The translations under genes were made by a program, and so were the position numbers. Positions 23,274 through 33,152 of a DNA stretch of 64,000 nucleotides are shown piece after piece. Under the pieces are notes generated by a model that ran no database searches, had not been told where the DNA came from, and worked only from the letters and a program-made list of their open reading frames with translations. The stretch comes from Syntrophales bacterium (lineage in GTDB: Bacteria > Desulfobacterota > Syntrophia > Syntrophales > PHBD01), in the NCBI GenBank assembly GCA_963668175.1, contig OY764159.1, positions 2,432,001 to 2,496,000 on the forward strand, read 5' to 3'. Position 1 is the first letter of the stretch. Each line of letters starts with the position of its first letter.

Positions 23274-24719
23274 CTAGAGCTTTTCCATGTCCGCATAGAA
23301 TTGCGCGGCGCATTCGGGGCAGATGCCGTGGCTGAATTCGGCCTCGGAGTGGTCCCGGATATACGATTCGATCTGGTTCCAGTAGCCCCTGTCGTCGCGG
23401 ATCTTCTTGCAGGAGGCGCATATGGGGATCAACCCGCTCAGGGTCTTGACCCTGGAGAGGGCCTTTTGCAGCTCGGCGATCAGTTTCTCCCGTTCATCCT
23501 CCGCCTGCCTGCGAAGGGTGATGTCGCGGTCGAAGGCGCAGGCGAGCCATTGTTCGCCGTACTCGAAATAGTTGGACCGGATTTCGACGGGAAAGATGCG
23601 CCCGTCTTTCGCGATATGGCGGGATTCGAATGTCAGCATGCCTTTCGTCCGCATCTCCCGCTTGTGTTCCTCCCAGAGATCGGGATTGAAGTCCGGGTCG
23701 ATATCGAAGACCTTCATGGCCAACATCTCCTCGCTGGTATAGCCCAGCCAGGCGCAGGCCGACTTGTTGGCGTATATGATGCGGCACGCATCGTCGACCC
23801 AAAGGACACTGTCCGGCGCGCGGTCCATGGCGAACTGCGTCCGGAGAAGCTGTTCCCGTTCCTGTCTCATCTTGGTGATGTCGATGATCAGGCCGTCCCA
23901 CAGGGTGCCGCCGCCGGGCAGGCGTTCCGGTGTCGACCAGATTTCCAGCCAGAGATAACCGTCCCCTTTGCGGAACCGGAAAGTGCCGTGATAGGGGGTC
24001 AGCGCCTCCGCCGATGTCCGTGCAGCTTCATGGAATACCGGCAGGTCGTCCGGGTGAATCCTGTCGAGCGCGGCGGATGCGTCGCGCATCGCTTCCCGCG
24101 ACGGTACCCCCGTGACCGCCGTCAGGGCTTCGTTGATATAGGGGAACGAGTAACGGCCCTCGCGGTCCATCGTGAATTGGAAGACGACGCCGGGAGAGTT
24201 TTCGGCAAGCCTCCTGTACTTGGCTTCGCTTTCCCGCAGCGCCTCTTCTTTCTGCTTGCGGTCGGTGATGTCGCGGACGATCGCCCACATGAGGATAGGG
24301 ATGCCGTTCGCGTCCCGGAGAAGCGTCGTCCGCAGTTCCACGGGAAAGACCGTCCCGTCTTTCCGGATATATTCCTTTTCGTATATCCGCGAGTATCCCC
24401 TGGCGAGAACCTCGTCCCTGACGATGTCGGTTTCCATGCCGTGCCATCTCTCCGGCGTGATGTTCTGGTAGGTGAGCCTGCCGATTTCAGCCTCCGTGTA
24501 GCCCAGCATCGTCAGGTAGGCTTCGTTCCAGTCGAGGAGGCGGCCCGTCATATCGACGGCGGCAAAGGCGTCCGTCATGCTCCGGTGCAGCACGCGGAAT
24601 TTCATCTCCGAGGCCCGCAACGCTTCCTCCGCCTCCCGCAGTCTGGATTCGGAACGCTCCAGTTCCGCGATTCTCCGTTTTAACAAATCGTTTTCTTGCT
24701 GCAATTTCCTGTCAGTCAA
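23274..24719 (-). CDS. Triple-PAS protein with C-terminal Cys/His-rich domain and no kinase domain
   Basis: Three PAS/PAC units, then LSGLIPICASCKKIRD...FSHGICPEC. Start inferred at TTG 24719 behind GGAAGGA. Confidence 0.8.
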   Translation of the reverse strand: MTDRKLQQENDLLKRRIAELERSESRLREAEEALRASEMKFRVLHRSMTDAFAAVDMTGRLLDWNEAYLTMLGYTEAEIGRLTYQNITPERWHGMETDIVRDEVLARGYSRIYEKEYIRKDGTVFPVELRTTLLRDANGIPILMWAIVRDITDRKQKEEALRESEAKYRRLAENSPGVVFQFTMDREGRYSFPYINEALTAVTGVPSREAMRDASAALDRIHPDDLPVFHEAARTSAEALTPYHGTFRFRKGDGYLWLEIWSTPERLPGGGTLWDGLIIDITKMRQEREQLLRTQFAMDRAPDSVLWVDDACRIIYANKSACAWLGYTSEEMLAMKVFDIDPDFNPDLWEEHKREMRTKGMLTFESRHIAKDGRIFPVEIRSNYFEYGEQWLACAFDRDITLRRQAEDEREKLIAELQKALSRVKTLSGLIPICASCKKIRDDRGYWNQIESYIRDHSEAEFSHGICPECAAQFYADMEKL

Positions 24720-25015
24720 TGAATTCGTCCTTCCATGACGTATACGGCGTCCGGCGGCGCAGGATTGTTGAACGCCGTCCAATCGTCTTCCCGTGCGGCC
24801 GTTCTTTCCCTGCATCGTGTGACGGGATGTGCGTCTCCTGTTGACCGGGCAATTCGCCTGCCGGCGATATTCCCTCGTATTGTGAGCGATTTGCAAGAAA
24901 CAGACCAAACGAAGGGATCGTCATAATGCCAGCGGATAGAGGTAAGAATATCAGGCGGAAGCTGCAAGTCGGGAAAGGGTTTTGTGCGGAATAGTGGACA
25001 TGCCCGTGATCGGAT

Positions 25016-25786
25016 TTAAAGCCTTTTCGCATCGCCCTTGACGGCGGCGGCGATGACAAACCAGTGGTCGGTGTACGTTTCGCCGTCTATTGCGACGATG
25101 TTCATGGCGGCGCGCTGCGATGCGGCGAGGCCGGCGACGGTCCGGAGGATCTCTTCGGCGTCTTCCGGTTGGGCGTTCCCCGTGAGGGAGCTGAGCGGCC
25201 GGTGCTTCGTGTACGTCTCCATCGCTTCGACGGCGAGGGAGGCATCTTCCAGCATGCGGGCCCATTCGCTCGGCCGGTACTCGCGCACGTGCGACCGGTC
25301 GTGAAGGACGTCGAGGCGGTTCATCGTCGCCGCAACGAATTCGTCTTCGGGTACGCTGCGATCGTTAACGACCAGTCTGCCGCCGGTCTTGAGCACCCGC
25401 TTCATTTCCCGCAGGGCCCTGCCGATGTCCCGGAAATGGTGGGCCGCCAGGCGGCAGGTCACGATGTCGAACGTTTCGCCGGGGAAGGGCAGGTCGTGGG
25501 CGTCCGCCAGGCCGAAGCGGACGTTCGCCGCTTTCTTTCCTTCCTGAAGCTTCCGTCCCTCGTCGATCATCTCCGGCGTAACGTCGACGGCGGCGACGAG
25601 ATTCACGTGCGGCGCCAGGGCCAGGGCCGTATGCCCCGTTCCTGTGGCGACGTCCAGGATCATCATATCGGGACGGAGCCGGGCCAATTCGACGAGCCGC
25701 CCCAGGACGGCCTCGTCCTTATGGTTGGCGCTTGTCGTGTAATAGGCCGCGCGCCGGCCGAATATCTCCCTGACATCGTCGGACAT
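25016..25786 (-). CDS. Class I SAM-dependent methyltransferase (UbiE-like)
   Basis: LDVATGTGH, FDIVTCRLAAHHF and RVLKTGG. Confidence 0.88.
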   Translation of the reverse strand: MSDDVREIFGRRAAYYTTSANHKDEAVLGRLVELARLRPDMMILDVATGTGHTALALAPHVNLVAAVDVTPEMIDEGRKLQEGKKAANVRFGLADAHDLPFPGETFDIVTCRLAAHHFRDIGRALREMKRVLKTGGRLVVNDRSVPEDEFVAATMNRLDVLHDRSHVREYRPSEWARMLEDASLAVEAMETYTKHRPLSSLTGNAQPEDAEEILRTVAGLAASQRAAMNIVAIDGETYTDHWFVIAAAVKGDAKRL

Positions 25787-25954
25787 AAAACAACCCCCTT
25801 GGCCGCCGAGGGTCTTCATGACGGCCCCTTAAACGCATGATACCACATTCCGGGCAAGTGTGTCTTTTTTTAGCGACCCCCCGAAGACCCGTCGGGCCGT
25901 CGGGGGGCGCTGTCTCGTCGTTGGATATGAATCCCGGCGTTTCGCGCGCGGCGC

Positions 25955-26518
25955 TTACTTGGCCCCGAGGGGCAGGACGGTGCGGCCGAAGCTTTCGTTG
26001 ATCACCTGCGCCATGGCGCAATAGATCGCCAGGAAGCCGCAGACGACACCCTCACAGCCCGTGAGGACCGCCCAGGTGCCCTTCCAGCCGAAACCGTCGC
26101 GGGCAGCCAGCATCCAGAAAAGGATCGTCAGGGTAAGGAACACGGTCTGGAGAACGCGGTTGGCCTTCCAGGTCCCGATCCACATGAAGAAGGTGAACAA
26201 ACCCCACATGAAGAGATAGGCCGCCATGAAGCACTCGCTGTTGGCCTGGATGCCGAGTTTCCCGTTGAAATAGATCAGGTAGACCAGGGTCATCCAGAAG
26301 AAACCGTACGACGTGAAAGCGGTGGTGCCGAAAGTATTGCCTTTCTTGAATTCCATGATCCCGGCGACAACCTGCGCCAGGCCTCCGTAGAAGATCCCCA
26401 TGGCCAGAATGCCGGCGCCCAGTTCGAACATTCCGGCATTGTGCAGATTCAGGAGAACGGTGGTCATTCCGAAACCCATAAGACCCAGCGGAGCAGGATT
26501 GGCTAAATTGTCTGACAT
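25955..26518 (-). CDS. satP: Acetate/succinate uptake transporter (GPR1/FUN34/YaaH family)
   Basis: LANPAPLGLMGFGMTTVLLN, GNTFGTTAFTSYG and GRTVLP. Confidence 0.92.
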   Translation of the reverse strand: MSDNLANPAPLGLMGFGMTTVLLNLHNAGMFELGAGILAMGIFYGGLAQVVAGIMEFKKGNTFGTTAFTSYGFFWMTLVYLIYFNGKLGIQANSECFMAAYLFMWGLFTFFMWIGTWKANRVLQTVFLTLTILFWMLAARDGFGWKGTWAVLTGCEGVVCGFLAIYCAMAQVINESFGRTVLPLGAK

Positions 26519-26757
26519 GATGAACCTCCTAGAAAATATTGATTTTTTACAGGATAAGACAACTCCTTTCTTGACGGGGATGGTCTCCCTTTCGTCTGCC
26601 GGGCCGGTTTAAGGCTGCCTGGCCCGGTACGCAAACGAGAGAGGAACGCTTCGCCCCCGTTGAGGGCGAAGCGATGATTTTTACGTCAGCTGCGATACAG
26701 GGATACGAAGCTACGACGGGCAATCCGTTTCCGCCGCCTTTCGGCGGCGGTATGTTT

Positions 26758-28389
26758 TCAGAAGTCCTTGAAGTCGTCTTCGAGCGGGATGATCTGCTCG
26801 GGGGTTTTTTGACCCGGGGTCTTGGCCGGGGCGCGCCCGACCCTACGGGCGGCCGGTACAGGCTTAGCGGCCGCGCCGATCATTTTGCGGCTGCCGCCGT
26901 TGCCGTTGTTGCCGCCGCTGACGGCGGCTTCTTCAGCCGGGGCGTCGGCGATCTTATGGCCCGTGATGATGGCGTTCAGATCCGACACAAATCCCTTCAT
27001 TCCCAAGGCCTGCGCGTTCAGTTCTTCGGAGGCGCTGGCCGATTCCTCGGAGGTGGCCGCCTGGGACTGGGTCACCTTGTCCATTTCGTTGATGGCCGTG
27101 TTGATCTGGCCGATGCCCTGGGCCTGCTCGCTGGAGGCGGCGGCGATCTCGTCGATCAGCCCGGCGATCTTGTTCGACATTTCGATATTTTCCCGGAAGG
27201 CCTCCTGGGTGATCTGCGTCGCCTCGTAGCCGGTCTTGACGTTCTTGATGGTGCTTTCGATGAGGCCGCTGGTGTTCCTGGCCGCTTCGGCCGCGCGCAT
27301 GGCGAGGTTCCGGACCTCGTCGGCGACGACGGCGAATCCCGCCCCGGCTTCTCCGGCGCGGGCCGCTTCCACCGCGGCGTTGAGGGCCAGGAGGTTCGTC
27401 TGGAAGGCGATTTCGTCGATGGTCTTGATGATCTTGCTCGTCTCGTCGCTCGATTTCATCGCTTCCATGATCGCGACGGACATGCTGTCCATGTGCTTGT
27501 TCACGTTGGAGATGATCTTGCCGGCCTCGGCCACCATGCCTTTCGCCGTTTGGGCGTTGTCGGCGTTTTGTTTCGTCATCGAAGAGAGCTCCTCCACCGA
27601 GGCGGATGTCTCCTCCAGCGAGGCCGCCTGCTGCGTGGCGCCTTCCGCCAGGGACTGGCTCGACGCGGCCACCTGGGCCGAGGCCGCCGCGACTTGGGCG
27701 GCGCCGTCGCTGATGCCGGTGATGACGCGGACGATGGGCTTGGTGATCATGTGGGCGAAGACGAAGCCGAAGGCCAGGGAAACGACGACGCCGATTCCCG
27801 TGCCGCTGAGGGCCAGGATCTTGAATGTGGCCGCGGCGTGTTCGGTATTGGCGGCGTTTTCCTTCACTTCCTTCGTGTTCAGGGCCATGAGTTCGTCAAG
27901 GTCCTTGGACGTCGCGTAGTAGCTGTCCCTGAGTTTGTTGTTCGACAGGTTGGCCGCATCCTCCCGGTTGGCGGCCTTGATCATGTCGATGTACTGGAGG
28001 TAATCGCGTTTCCAGATATCCATCGACTTCTTGGTCTTTTCCCATTGGGCCGCCTGCGCCTCGCTTTTGGGCAGGGCCGAGAAGACTTTCGACCCCTCGT
28101 CGATACGCTTCCAGGTGGCGTCGATGTTCTCGTACTGGCGTTTTCTGAGATCTTCGTTCATGGTGATCTCGGGAACGAGAAGCGAACGTTCGGGGATGCG
28201 GGCGAAAGTCTGGGCTTCCTTGATGTCCGCCAGGGCCTTGAGACCGGGCATGCGGTTGTTGTTGGTGTCCACAAGGGCCTTTTCCGTCTGGTGGACTCCG
28301 AAAGTGCCGATGGCTCCCCCTACGATGAGCATGGCCGCAAGGCAGGAAAAACCGAAAATCAACTTGGTTCTCAACGTCAGATTCTTCAT
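26758..28389 (-). CDS. Methyl-accepting chemotaxis protein with 4-helix-bundle sensor
   Basis: Two TM segments; [35 protein letters not shown]-terminal NWETF-like pentapeptide DFKDF. Confidence 0.95.
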   Translation of the reverse strand: MKNLTLRTKLIFGFSCLAAMLIVGGAIGTFGVHQTEKALVDTNNNRMPGLKALADIKEAQTFARIPERSLLVPEITMNEDLRKRQYENIDATWKRIDEGSKVFSALPKSEAQAAQWEKTKKSMDIWKRDYLQYIDMIKAANREDAANLSNNKLRDSYYATSKDLDELMALNTKEVKENAANTEHAAATFKILALSGTGIGVVVSLAFGFVFAHMITKPIVRVITGISDGAAQVAAASAQVAASSQSLAEGATQQAASLEETSASVEELSSMTKQNADNAQTAKGMVAEAGKIISNVNKHMDSMSVAIMEAMKSSDETSKIIKTIDEIAFQTNLLALNAAVEAARAGEAGAGFAVVADEVRNLAMRAAEAARNTSGLIESTIKNVKTGYEATQITQEAFRENIEMSNKIAGLIDEIAAASSEQAQGIGQINTAINEMDKVTQSQAATSEESASASEELNAQALGMKGFVSDLNAIITGHKIADAPAEEAAVSGGNNGNGGSRKMIGAAAKPVPAARRVGRAPAKTPGQKTPEQIIPLEDDFKDF

Positions 28390-28635
28390 AAAACTCCCCC
28401 CAACATGAGTATTTGACAGAGCTAGCGATACAGGCAGCGGTCGCAGCCGGGAGAAATCCGGGCTCTCACCGCTCCGCTCCTTAGCAGATGCTTATCCAAA
28501 AAGCAAAAGATAAATTCAATAAACTGGAATTCAGCGTCAGTCCAGGTTGTGGAGCTACGAACTTTGTGAACCCCTTCTCCTGCCGCCACAGAGAAAAATA
28601 GTTAGGGCAAATTGGCTAGTGCACTGATATTTTCC

Positions 28636-28664
28636 TTGCATCATGATGACGGTCCTTATATAGT
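28636..28664 (+). promoter_or_regulatory. Sigma70-type promoter of the DUF3300-DUF2950 pair
   Basis: TTGCAT-N17-TATAGT. Confidence 0.5.
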
Positions 28665-28721
28665 GAGCATCGGTGAGATGGTTACAATTTCGTTTCGACC
28701 TCCACAGAGTTACCGGACGAT

Positions 28722-30404
28722 ATGAAAAAGACGGTATGGACAGCCATTCTCTTTCTGTTCCTTCTTAGCGCCTTCCCCGCGTGCGCCGCCGCGGCCGATT
28801 CCGGTGCGCTTCTCTTCAGCGAGGCGGACCTCGATCAACTCCTGGCGCCCATCGCCCTCTACCCGGACCCGCTTCTGGCCGTGATGCTCCCGGCCGCAAC
28901 CTATCCGGCGGAAATCGAAGACGCCGAATCGTGGTTTGAAGGAGGAGGAACCGTTGCGGGCATCGACGGGAAGAACTGGGACGATTCCGTCAAGGCCGTG
29001 GCCTATTACCGCGACGTCCTCAAATTGATGGCCGACAATCCCGACTGGACCGCCGACATCGGCGACGCTTTCCTCAACCAGCCGGACGACGTGACGCGTT
29101 CGATACAACGGCTCCGGTGGCAGGCGAGGGACAAGGGCAGCCTCGACAGCAACGACCGGCAGCAGGTGATCGTCGAGGGGGACACGATCGCCATCGACCC
29201 GGCGCAGCCGCAGTATATCTATGTCCCCGAGTACGATCCCGCCGTTGTCTATACGGAAAGCTGGGTCTACGGCATGCCCCCCGTCATTTTCTTCGGCCCG
29301 CGGCTTCCCATCGGCGGCTGGCTTTGCCTCGATTTCGACTGGCCGCACCGCCATGTGATCTATCACGGATGGAACAGGCCCGGCTGGGTCAGCCAGGCGA
29401 GGCCGTATGTCCGCGTGCCGAACGTCTACGTCAACAGGAGCCGGCCCTCCATCAATCAGACATGGCGGCACGACCGGTCCCGCGGCGATCCGGAGAAATT
29501 CCGGGCGACATGGACGGGACGCGCAAAAACGCCGGGCCGCGTCCAGATGCCGGCTGCCGGGGGCAGGGCGCCCGAAGCGGCGCGACCGGCGGGGACCGTC
29601 TTCGGCCCCCGGGGCGACGCCCGGACGTTCAGCGACCGCGGTCGTCAGAGTTTAGGCACTATCGGCAACCGGCAGCAATCGCAGCCGGGTACGGGCAACC
29701 GGCCGCATTCACCGACGGGAACAGGCATCCGCCAGCAGTCGCCGGCAGGAACAGGCATCCGCCAACAGTCGCCGACGGGTGAAAGCGTCGGCCAGCAGAC
29801 CCAGCCGCGTGCAGGCATCAGGACGCCTTCGCCCGCTCCGGCCTTCGGACGCCGCGACGCGGCTTCGCCCGACGTAAGTCGACGGACGCCGTCGACGCCT
29901 GACCTAAGCGGGCGGCCATCGCCCGCGCCTGATACAGCCAGGCGGCCATCGCCTTCGTCCGAGACGGCCAGGCGGCCATCGCCTTCGTCCGAGACGGCCA
30001 GGCGGACATCGCCTGCGCCCGAGACAGCCAGGCGGACATCGCCGGCACCGGATACGTCGCCACGCCCGCAAGCACCGTCCTTTACGGGAACCCCGAGGGT
30101 TTCGACGCCTTCGCCCGCCCGGGAAAGCGTGCAGCCGCCCCGGACGTCTTCCGGCGTCTTCGGCGGATACCGGGGGAACAACGAAGCGGCGGCGCAGAGC
30201 GAACGCGGCCGGACGAGCCGCCAGAGCATGACGGAATCCAGGCCGTCCCCCGCGCCGGAGAGACCCGCCCGTGTGGAGTCACGGCCTGCGCCGGCCCCGA
30301 GCCGGCCCGCCCAGGTGGAGTCGCGGCCGTCGCCGGCACCGAGCCGTCCGGCCCCGCCCGAACAGAGGCGTCCGGAGCCTTCGGGCAAGCCGGGGCGCAG
30401 ATAA
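28722..30404 (+). CDS. DUF3300 protein with Pro/Arg/Ser-rich repetitive tail
   Basis: Signal peptide; LDQLLAPIALYPDPLLA, WDDSVKA and IYVPEYDP. Confidence 0.88.
   Translation: MKKTVWTAILFLFLLSAFPACAAAADSGALLFSEADLDQLLAPIALYPDPLLAVMLPAATYPAEIEDAESWFEGGGTVAGIDGKNWDDSVKAVAYYRDVLKLMADNPDWTADIGDAFLNQPDDVTRSIQRLRWQARDKGSLDSNDRQQVIVEGDTIAIDPAQPQYIYVPEYDPAVVYTESWVYGMPPVIFFGPRLPIGGWLCLDFDWPHRHVIYHGWNRPGWVSQARPYVRVPNVYVNRSRPSINQTWRHDRSRGDPEKFRATWTGRAKTPGRVQMPAAGGRAPEAARPAGTVFGPRGDARTFSDRGRQSLGTIGNRQQSQPGTGNRPHSPTGTGIRQQSPAGTGIRQQSPTGESVGQQTQPRAGIRTPSPAPAFGRRDAASPDVSRRTPSTPDLSGRPSPAPDTARRPSPSSETARRPSPSSETARRTSPAPETARRTSPAPDTSPRPQAPSFTGTPRVSTPSPARESVQPPRTSSGVFGGYRGNNEAAAQSERGRTSRQSMTESRPSPAPERPARVESRPAPAPSRPAQVESRPSPAPSRPAPPEQRRPEPSGKPGRR
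29661..30360 (+). repeat. Coding tandem repeats: degenerate 30-bp array, then three 42-bp units
   Basis: 29941-29970 and 29971-30000 are identical. They encode TARRPSPSSE-type decapeptides, followed by ESRP(S/A)PAPxRPAxx three times. Confidence 0.85.
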
Positions 30405-30467
30405 CCGGCGTATAGACACGGGATTTATGGGATGAAATATAACAAGATCAGGGAAAGGTCGAAAAAC

Positions 30468-31442
30468 ATGGATGGAATCAAGGATCAGCGTGCCCGTCTC
30501 CCCTGGCGGGTGGCGGCGTTCGTTGCACTGCTTCTCCTGGCCGCTTCGGCCGTCTACGCCTTAAGCGCCCGGGCGGATACGGCGCCTGCACAGCAGTCTT
30601 TCGCCTCTCCCGAGGAGGCCATGAACGCCCTGGCGGCGGCGGTAAAGGCGAAAGACCGGGCGGCATTCCCGCGGATATTCGGGCCCGCCGGGAAGGACCT
30701 CCGTTCCGGCGACGAGGTGCAGGACAGGGCCGAGTTCGAGGAGATGGCCCGTCACATGGCTGAAAAGACGAGCATCGCGAAAGAGGGCGACGCCAGGGCC
30801 ATTATCCGCTTCGGCAAGGAAGACTGGCCCTTTCCCATCCCCATCGTCCGGAAGGAGAAAGGATGGTACTTCGACACGGCGGCCGGCAAGGAGGAGATCC
30901 TGAACCGCCGCATCGGCGAGAACGAACTGACGGCCATCCTGGTCTGCCGCGCTTACGTGAAGGCGCAGCGCGAATACGTCCTCAAGGACTGGGACGGCGA
31001 CGAGATTCTCGCCTACGCGCAGAAACTGCGGAGCGACAAGGGGAAGCGCAACGGCCTCTTCTGGCGGAGCAAGCCGGGCGAGGAAGTGAGCCCCCTGGGC
31101 GAACTCGTCGCGAAGGCCTGGCACGAAGGCTACCAGAAGAAAAAGGCCGCCTTCCGCGAGGAGGAGCCGTCGCCCTTCCACGGCTACTATTTCAGGATAC
31201 TCACCCGGCAGGGAAAGAACGCACCGGGCGGGAAGTACGACTATATCGCGAACGGAAACATGGTCGGGGGCTTTGCGCTGGTGGCCTACCCGTCGAACTG
31301 GGGGAAGTCCGGCGTCATGACCTTCGTCGTCAACCAGCAGGGAAAGGTCTTCGAGAAGAACCTGGGGCCCGACACGGCCAAAATAGCCCAACGGATGAAA
31401 CGCTACAACCCGGACGCCACGTGGACGCCGTCGAAGGATTGA
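30468..31442 (+). CDS. DUF2950 protein
   Basis: WPFPIPIV, EEILNRRIGENEL, PFHGYYFRILT and GVMTFVVNQQG; the usual neighbour of DUF3300. Confidence 0.9.
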   Translation: MDGIKDQRARLPWRVAAFVALLLLAASAVYALSARADTAPAQQSFASPEEAMNALAAAVKAKDRAAFPRIFGPAGKDLRSGDEVQDRAEFEEMARHMAEKTSIAKEGDARAIIRFGKEDWPFPIPIVRKEKGWYFDTAAGKEEILNRRIGENELTAILVCRAYVKAQREYVLKDWDGDEILAYAQKLRSDKGKRNGLFWRSKPGEEVSPLGELVAKAWHEGYQKKKAAFREEEPSPFHGYYFRILTRQGKNAPGGKYDYIANGNMVGGFALVAYPSNWGKSGVMTFVVNQQGKVFEKNLGPDTAKIAQRMKRYNPDATWTPSKD

Positions 31443-31587
31443 TCGTTGTCGGAAACGGAAAAAAGTAGTTACGGAAAGGAAAATCTCGCCGGTATTTCCG
31501 GCTGCCGACGGTGCAAACAGATCGGGTATCGGTCGCGGCGGCCCGCGATCGGGGGTGTTTATTACAAAGTGATATGTCTGTTGGTGC

Positions 31588-31734
31588 TTACGAGGCCTTC
31601 TGCAGCCTGAGCCTGGCGATCTTCAGGGCCAGGTTCACGGCCTGCCGCTCTTCCTCCAAAACGGCGGCGATATTGGGCTCCTTGTCTTCCTTCTTGAGCC
31701 GGTTCAGGAATGTCAAAACTTTGCCTTCGTCCAT
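31588..31734 (-). CDS. 48-aa hypothetical protein, copy A (absent from ORF track)
   Basis: MDEGKVLTFLNRLKKEDKEPNIAAVLEEERQAVNLALKIARLRLQKAS. GGGAG SD, GC-rich third codon positions, paralogue at 44599-44745. Confidence 0.8.
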   Translation of the reverse strand: MDEGKVLTFLNRLKKEDKEPNIAAVLEEERQAVNLALKIARLRLQKAS

Positions 31735-31832
31735 CGTTCAACTCCCGCGTGAAAATACTGCTTTTGAAATGCGATAATCGTTAAGCCGACTTTGAACCCC
31801 GATGCACAGTCAAACACTCTTTATGCAATGTC

Positions 31833-31862
31833 ATACTACTGTTTTTGGGATAGATTTGTCAA
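31833..31862 (-). promoter_or_regulatory. Sigma70-type promoter of 48-aa gene A
   Basis: TTGACA-N18-TAGTAT. Confidence 0.6.
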
Positions 31863-32022
31863 GGGATTATTCCGGGAAATTTTTGACGGACCGGCGGGCA
31901 TGACTAGTAGAAGGACGACAGCGGCGGTTAATTCAGGCGTGGACAATTCACATGCAAATCATTATTCCTAATATTTGTTTGATATCCATGATTATAACTT
32001 GAAATTCGTATTAATGACGTAT

Positions 32023-32295
32023 TGTCGGATTTCTTTACATTCCCATTATAACTCTTAACGGCTTGTATTCATTATTTTATGTCATACATCTTGTGCAAAA
32101 ATCCAGGCAAATCGTTGAGAATCGTAATATCATTACAACAGATGAAGATTGGCGTAACCGCATAAAGGCGTATATATTATCTATTGAATTCATGTCATAT
32201 ACTGTCGAATATCTTTACAGTATTCGCCTCTTTCTCCGGCTGTTTTCCATAATAATATTTAACATCAACATCTTGCGTATTGGCATATATATTGC
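32023..32295 (+). promoter_or_regulatory. Two PEP-CTERM-type enhancer boxes plus sigma54 promoter
   Basis: TGTCGGATTTCTTTACA (32023-32039), TGTCGAATATCTTTACA (32203-32219) and TGGCATATATATTGC (32281-32295). Confidence 0.75.
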
Positions 32296-32428
32296 GTATA
32301 CATTCGACGTCGTTAATTTTAGAGCGTTCGAGAAAACAATCTCATATTACTATAAATTCTTTCTAGAAAAAATCGAACAAGTTAGGAGGCAATTAAATGA
32401 TATCTGATAAGGAGAAGGGGGGGCTAAA

Positions 32429-33097
32429 ATGAAAAGATGGAGCGTCATTTGTCTTCTTGGTTTTCTTCTGTCCACAAGTTCCCAGTGTTTTGCCAGCCAG
32501 GTTTTATTCAGCAACTTGACCCCGGATGGTGACTTCTACCACCTAGCCGGATGGACTATAGAAGGGTATCATGATTATCCTGTTCGTGAGGGTGAGGGTT
32601 TCTCATCTTACGCCACGGCCAAGCTTGAATCCATCAATATTGCTTTGGGCTACATATCCGGATACGGTACTCTTCATGTGGAGTTCTATGGCAATGATAG
32701 GGATGCTGCTTCTCCTAGACCTGGAACCCTTCTTGAGTCATGGGCGATTCGTTATAATGGAGATGCTCTTCCTTTTCCCGTCTTTGCGAGTAATAATCGT
32801 GATCTATTAAGCCTCACCTCTATGAACAATCCGGGACTCGAAGAATGTTGGATCTACTGGGTGGTTGTCTATACAGAGGGAAGCCTTAACCTCGGTTGGT
32901 TCTGGACTGCGAATCAGCAAAGATTCACGTATCACTTACACAGAAATCAGGATATTTATTCTGGCGATGGATACTTCACTTCTGGTGCGTATGAAGTTCT
33001 CGGTTCTACAGAAGCCGTCCCCGAACCTGCAACGATGCTGCTCTTCGGCCTTGGCCTGGCGGGTATGGCGACGGCAAAAAGGATGTTTCGGAAATAA
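32429..33097 (+). CDS. PEP-CTERM sorting-domain protein with AT-rich passenger
   Basis: Signal peptide; C-terminal VPEPATMLLFGLGLAGMATAKRMFRK. Confidence 0.92.
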   Translation: MKRWSVICLLGFLLSTSSQCFASQVLFSNLTPDGDFYHLAGWTIEGYHDYPVREGEGFSSYATAKLESINIALGYISGYGTLHVEFYGNDRDAASPRPGTLLESWAIRYNGDALPFPVFASNNRDLLSLTSMNNPGLEECWIYWVVVYTEGSLNLGWFWTANQQRFTYHLHRNQDIYSGDGYFTSGAYEVLGSTEAVPEPATMLLFGLGLAGMATAKRMFRK

Positions 33098-33122
33098 TTG
33101 TTATTGAGGATTCCAGCATCAG

Positions 33123-33152
33123 AAGGCAGGGTCATAACGGCTCTGCCTTTTT
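33123..33152 (+). terminator. Rho-independent terminator
   Basis: AAGGCAGGG...CTCTGCCTT hairpin running into a T tract. Confidence 0.8.

Noticed and set aside
28400..28620. c-di-GMP-I riboswitch before the MCP
   Set aside because: The GGCAAAC...GAAA...GACGCAAAGC consensus is not present.
29661..30070. 30-bp repeats considered as a CRISPR array
   Set aside because: Tandem units with no unique spacers, in frame within a CDS, and no cas genes.
32063..32407. 114-aa AT-rich ORF
   Set aside because: TTG start, and it runs through the enhancer box and sigma54 promoter. Looks like translated regulatory DNA.
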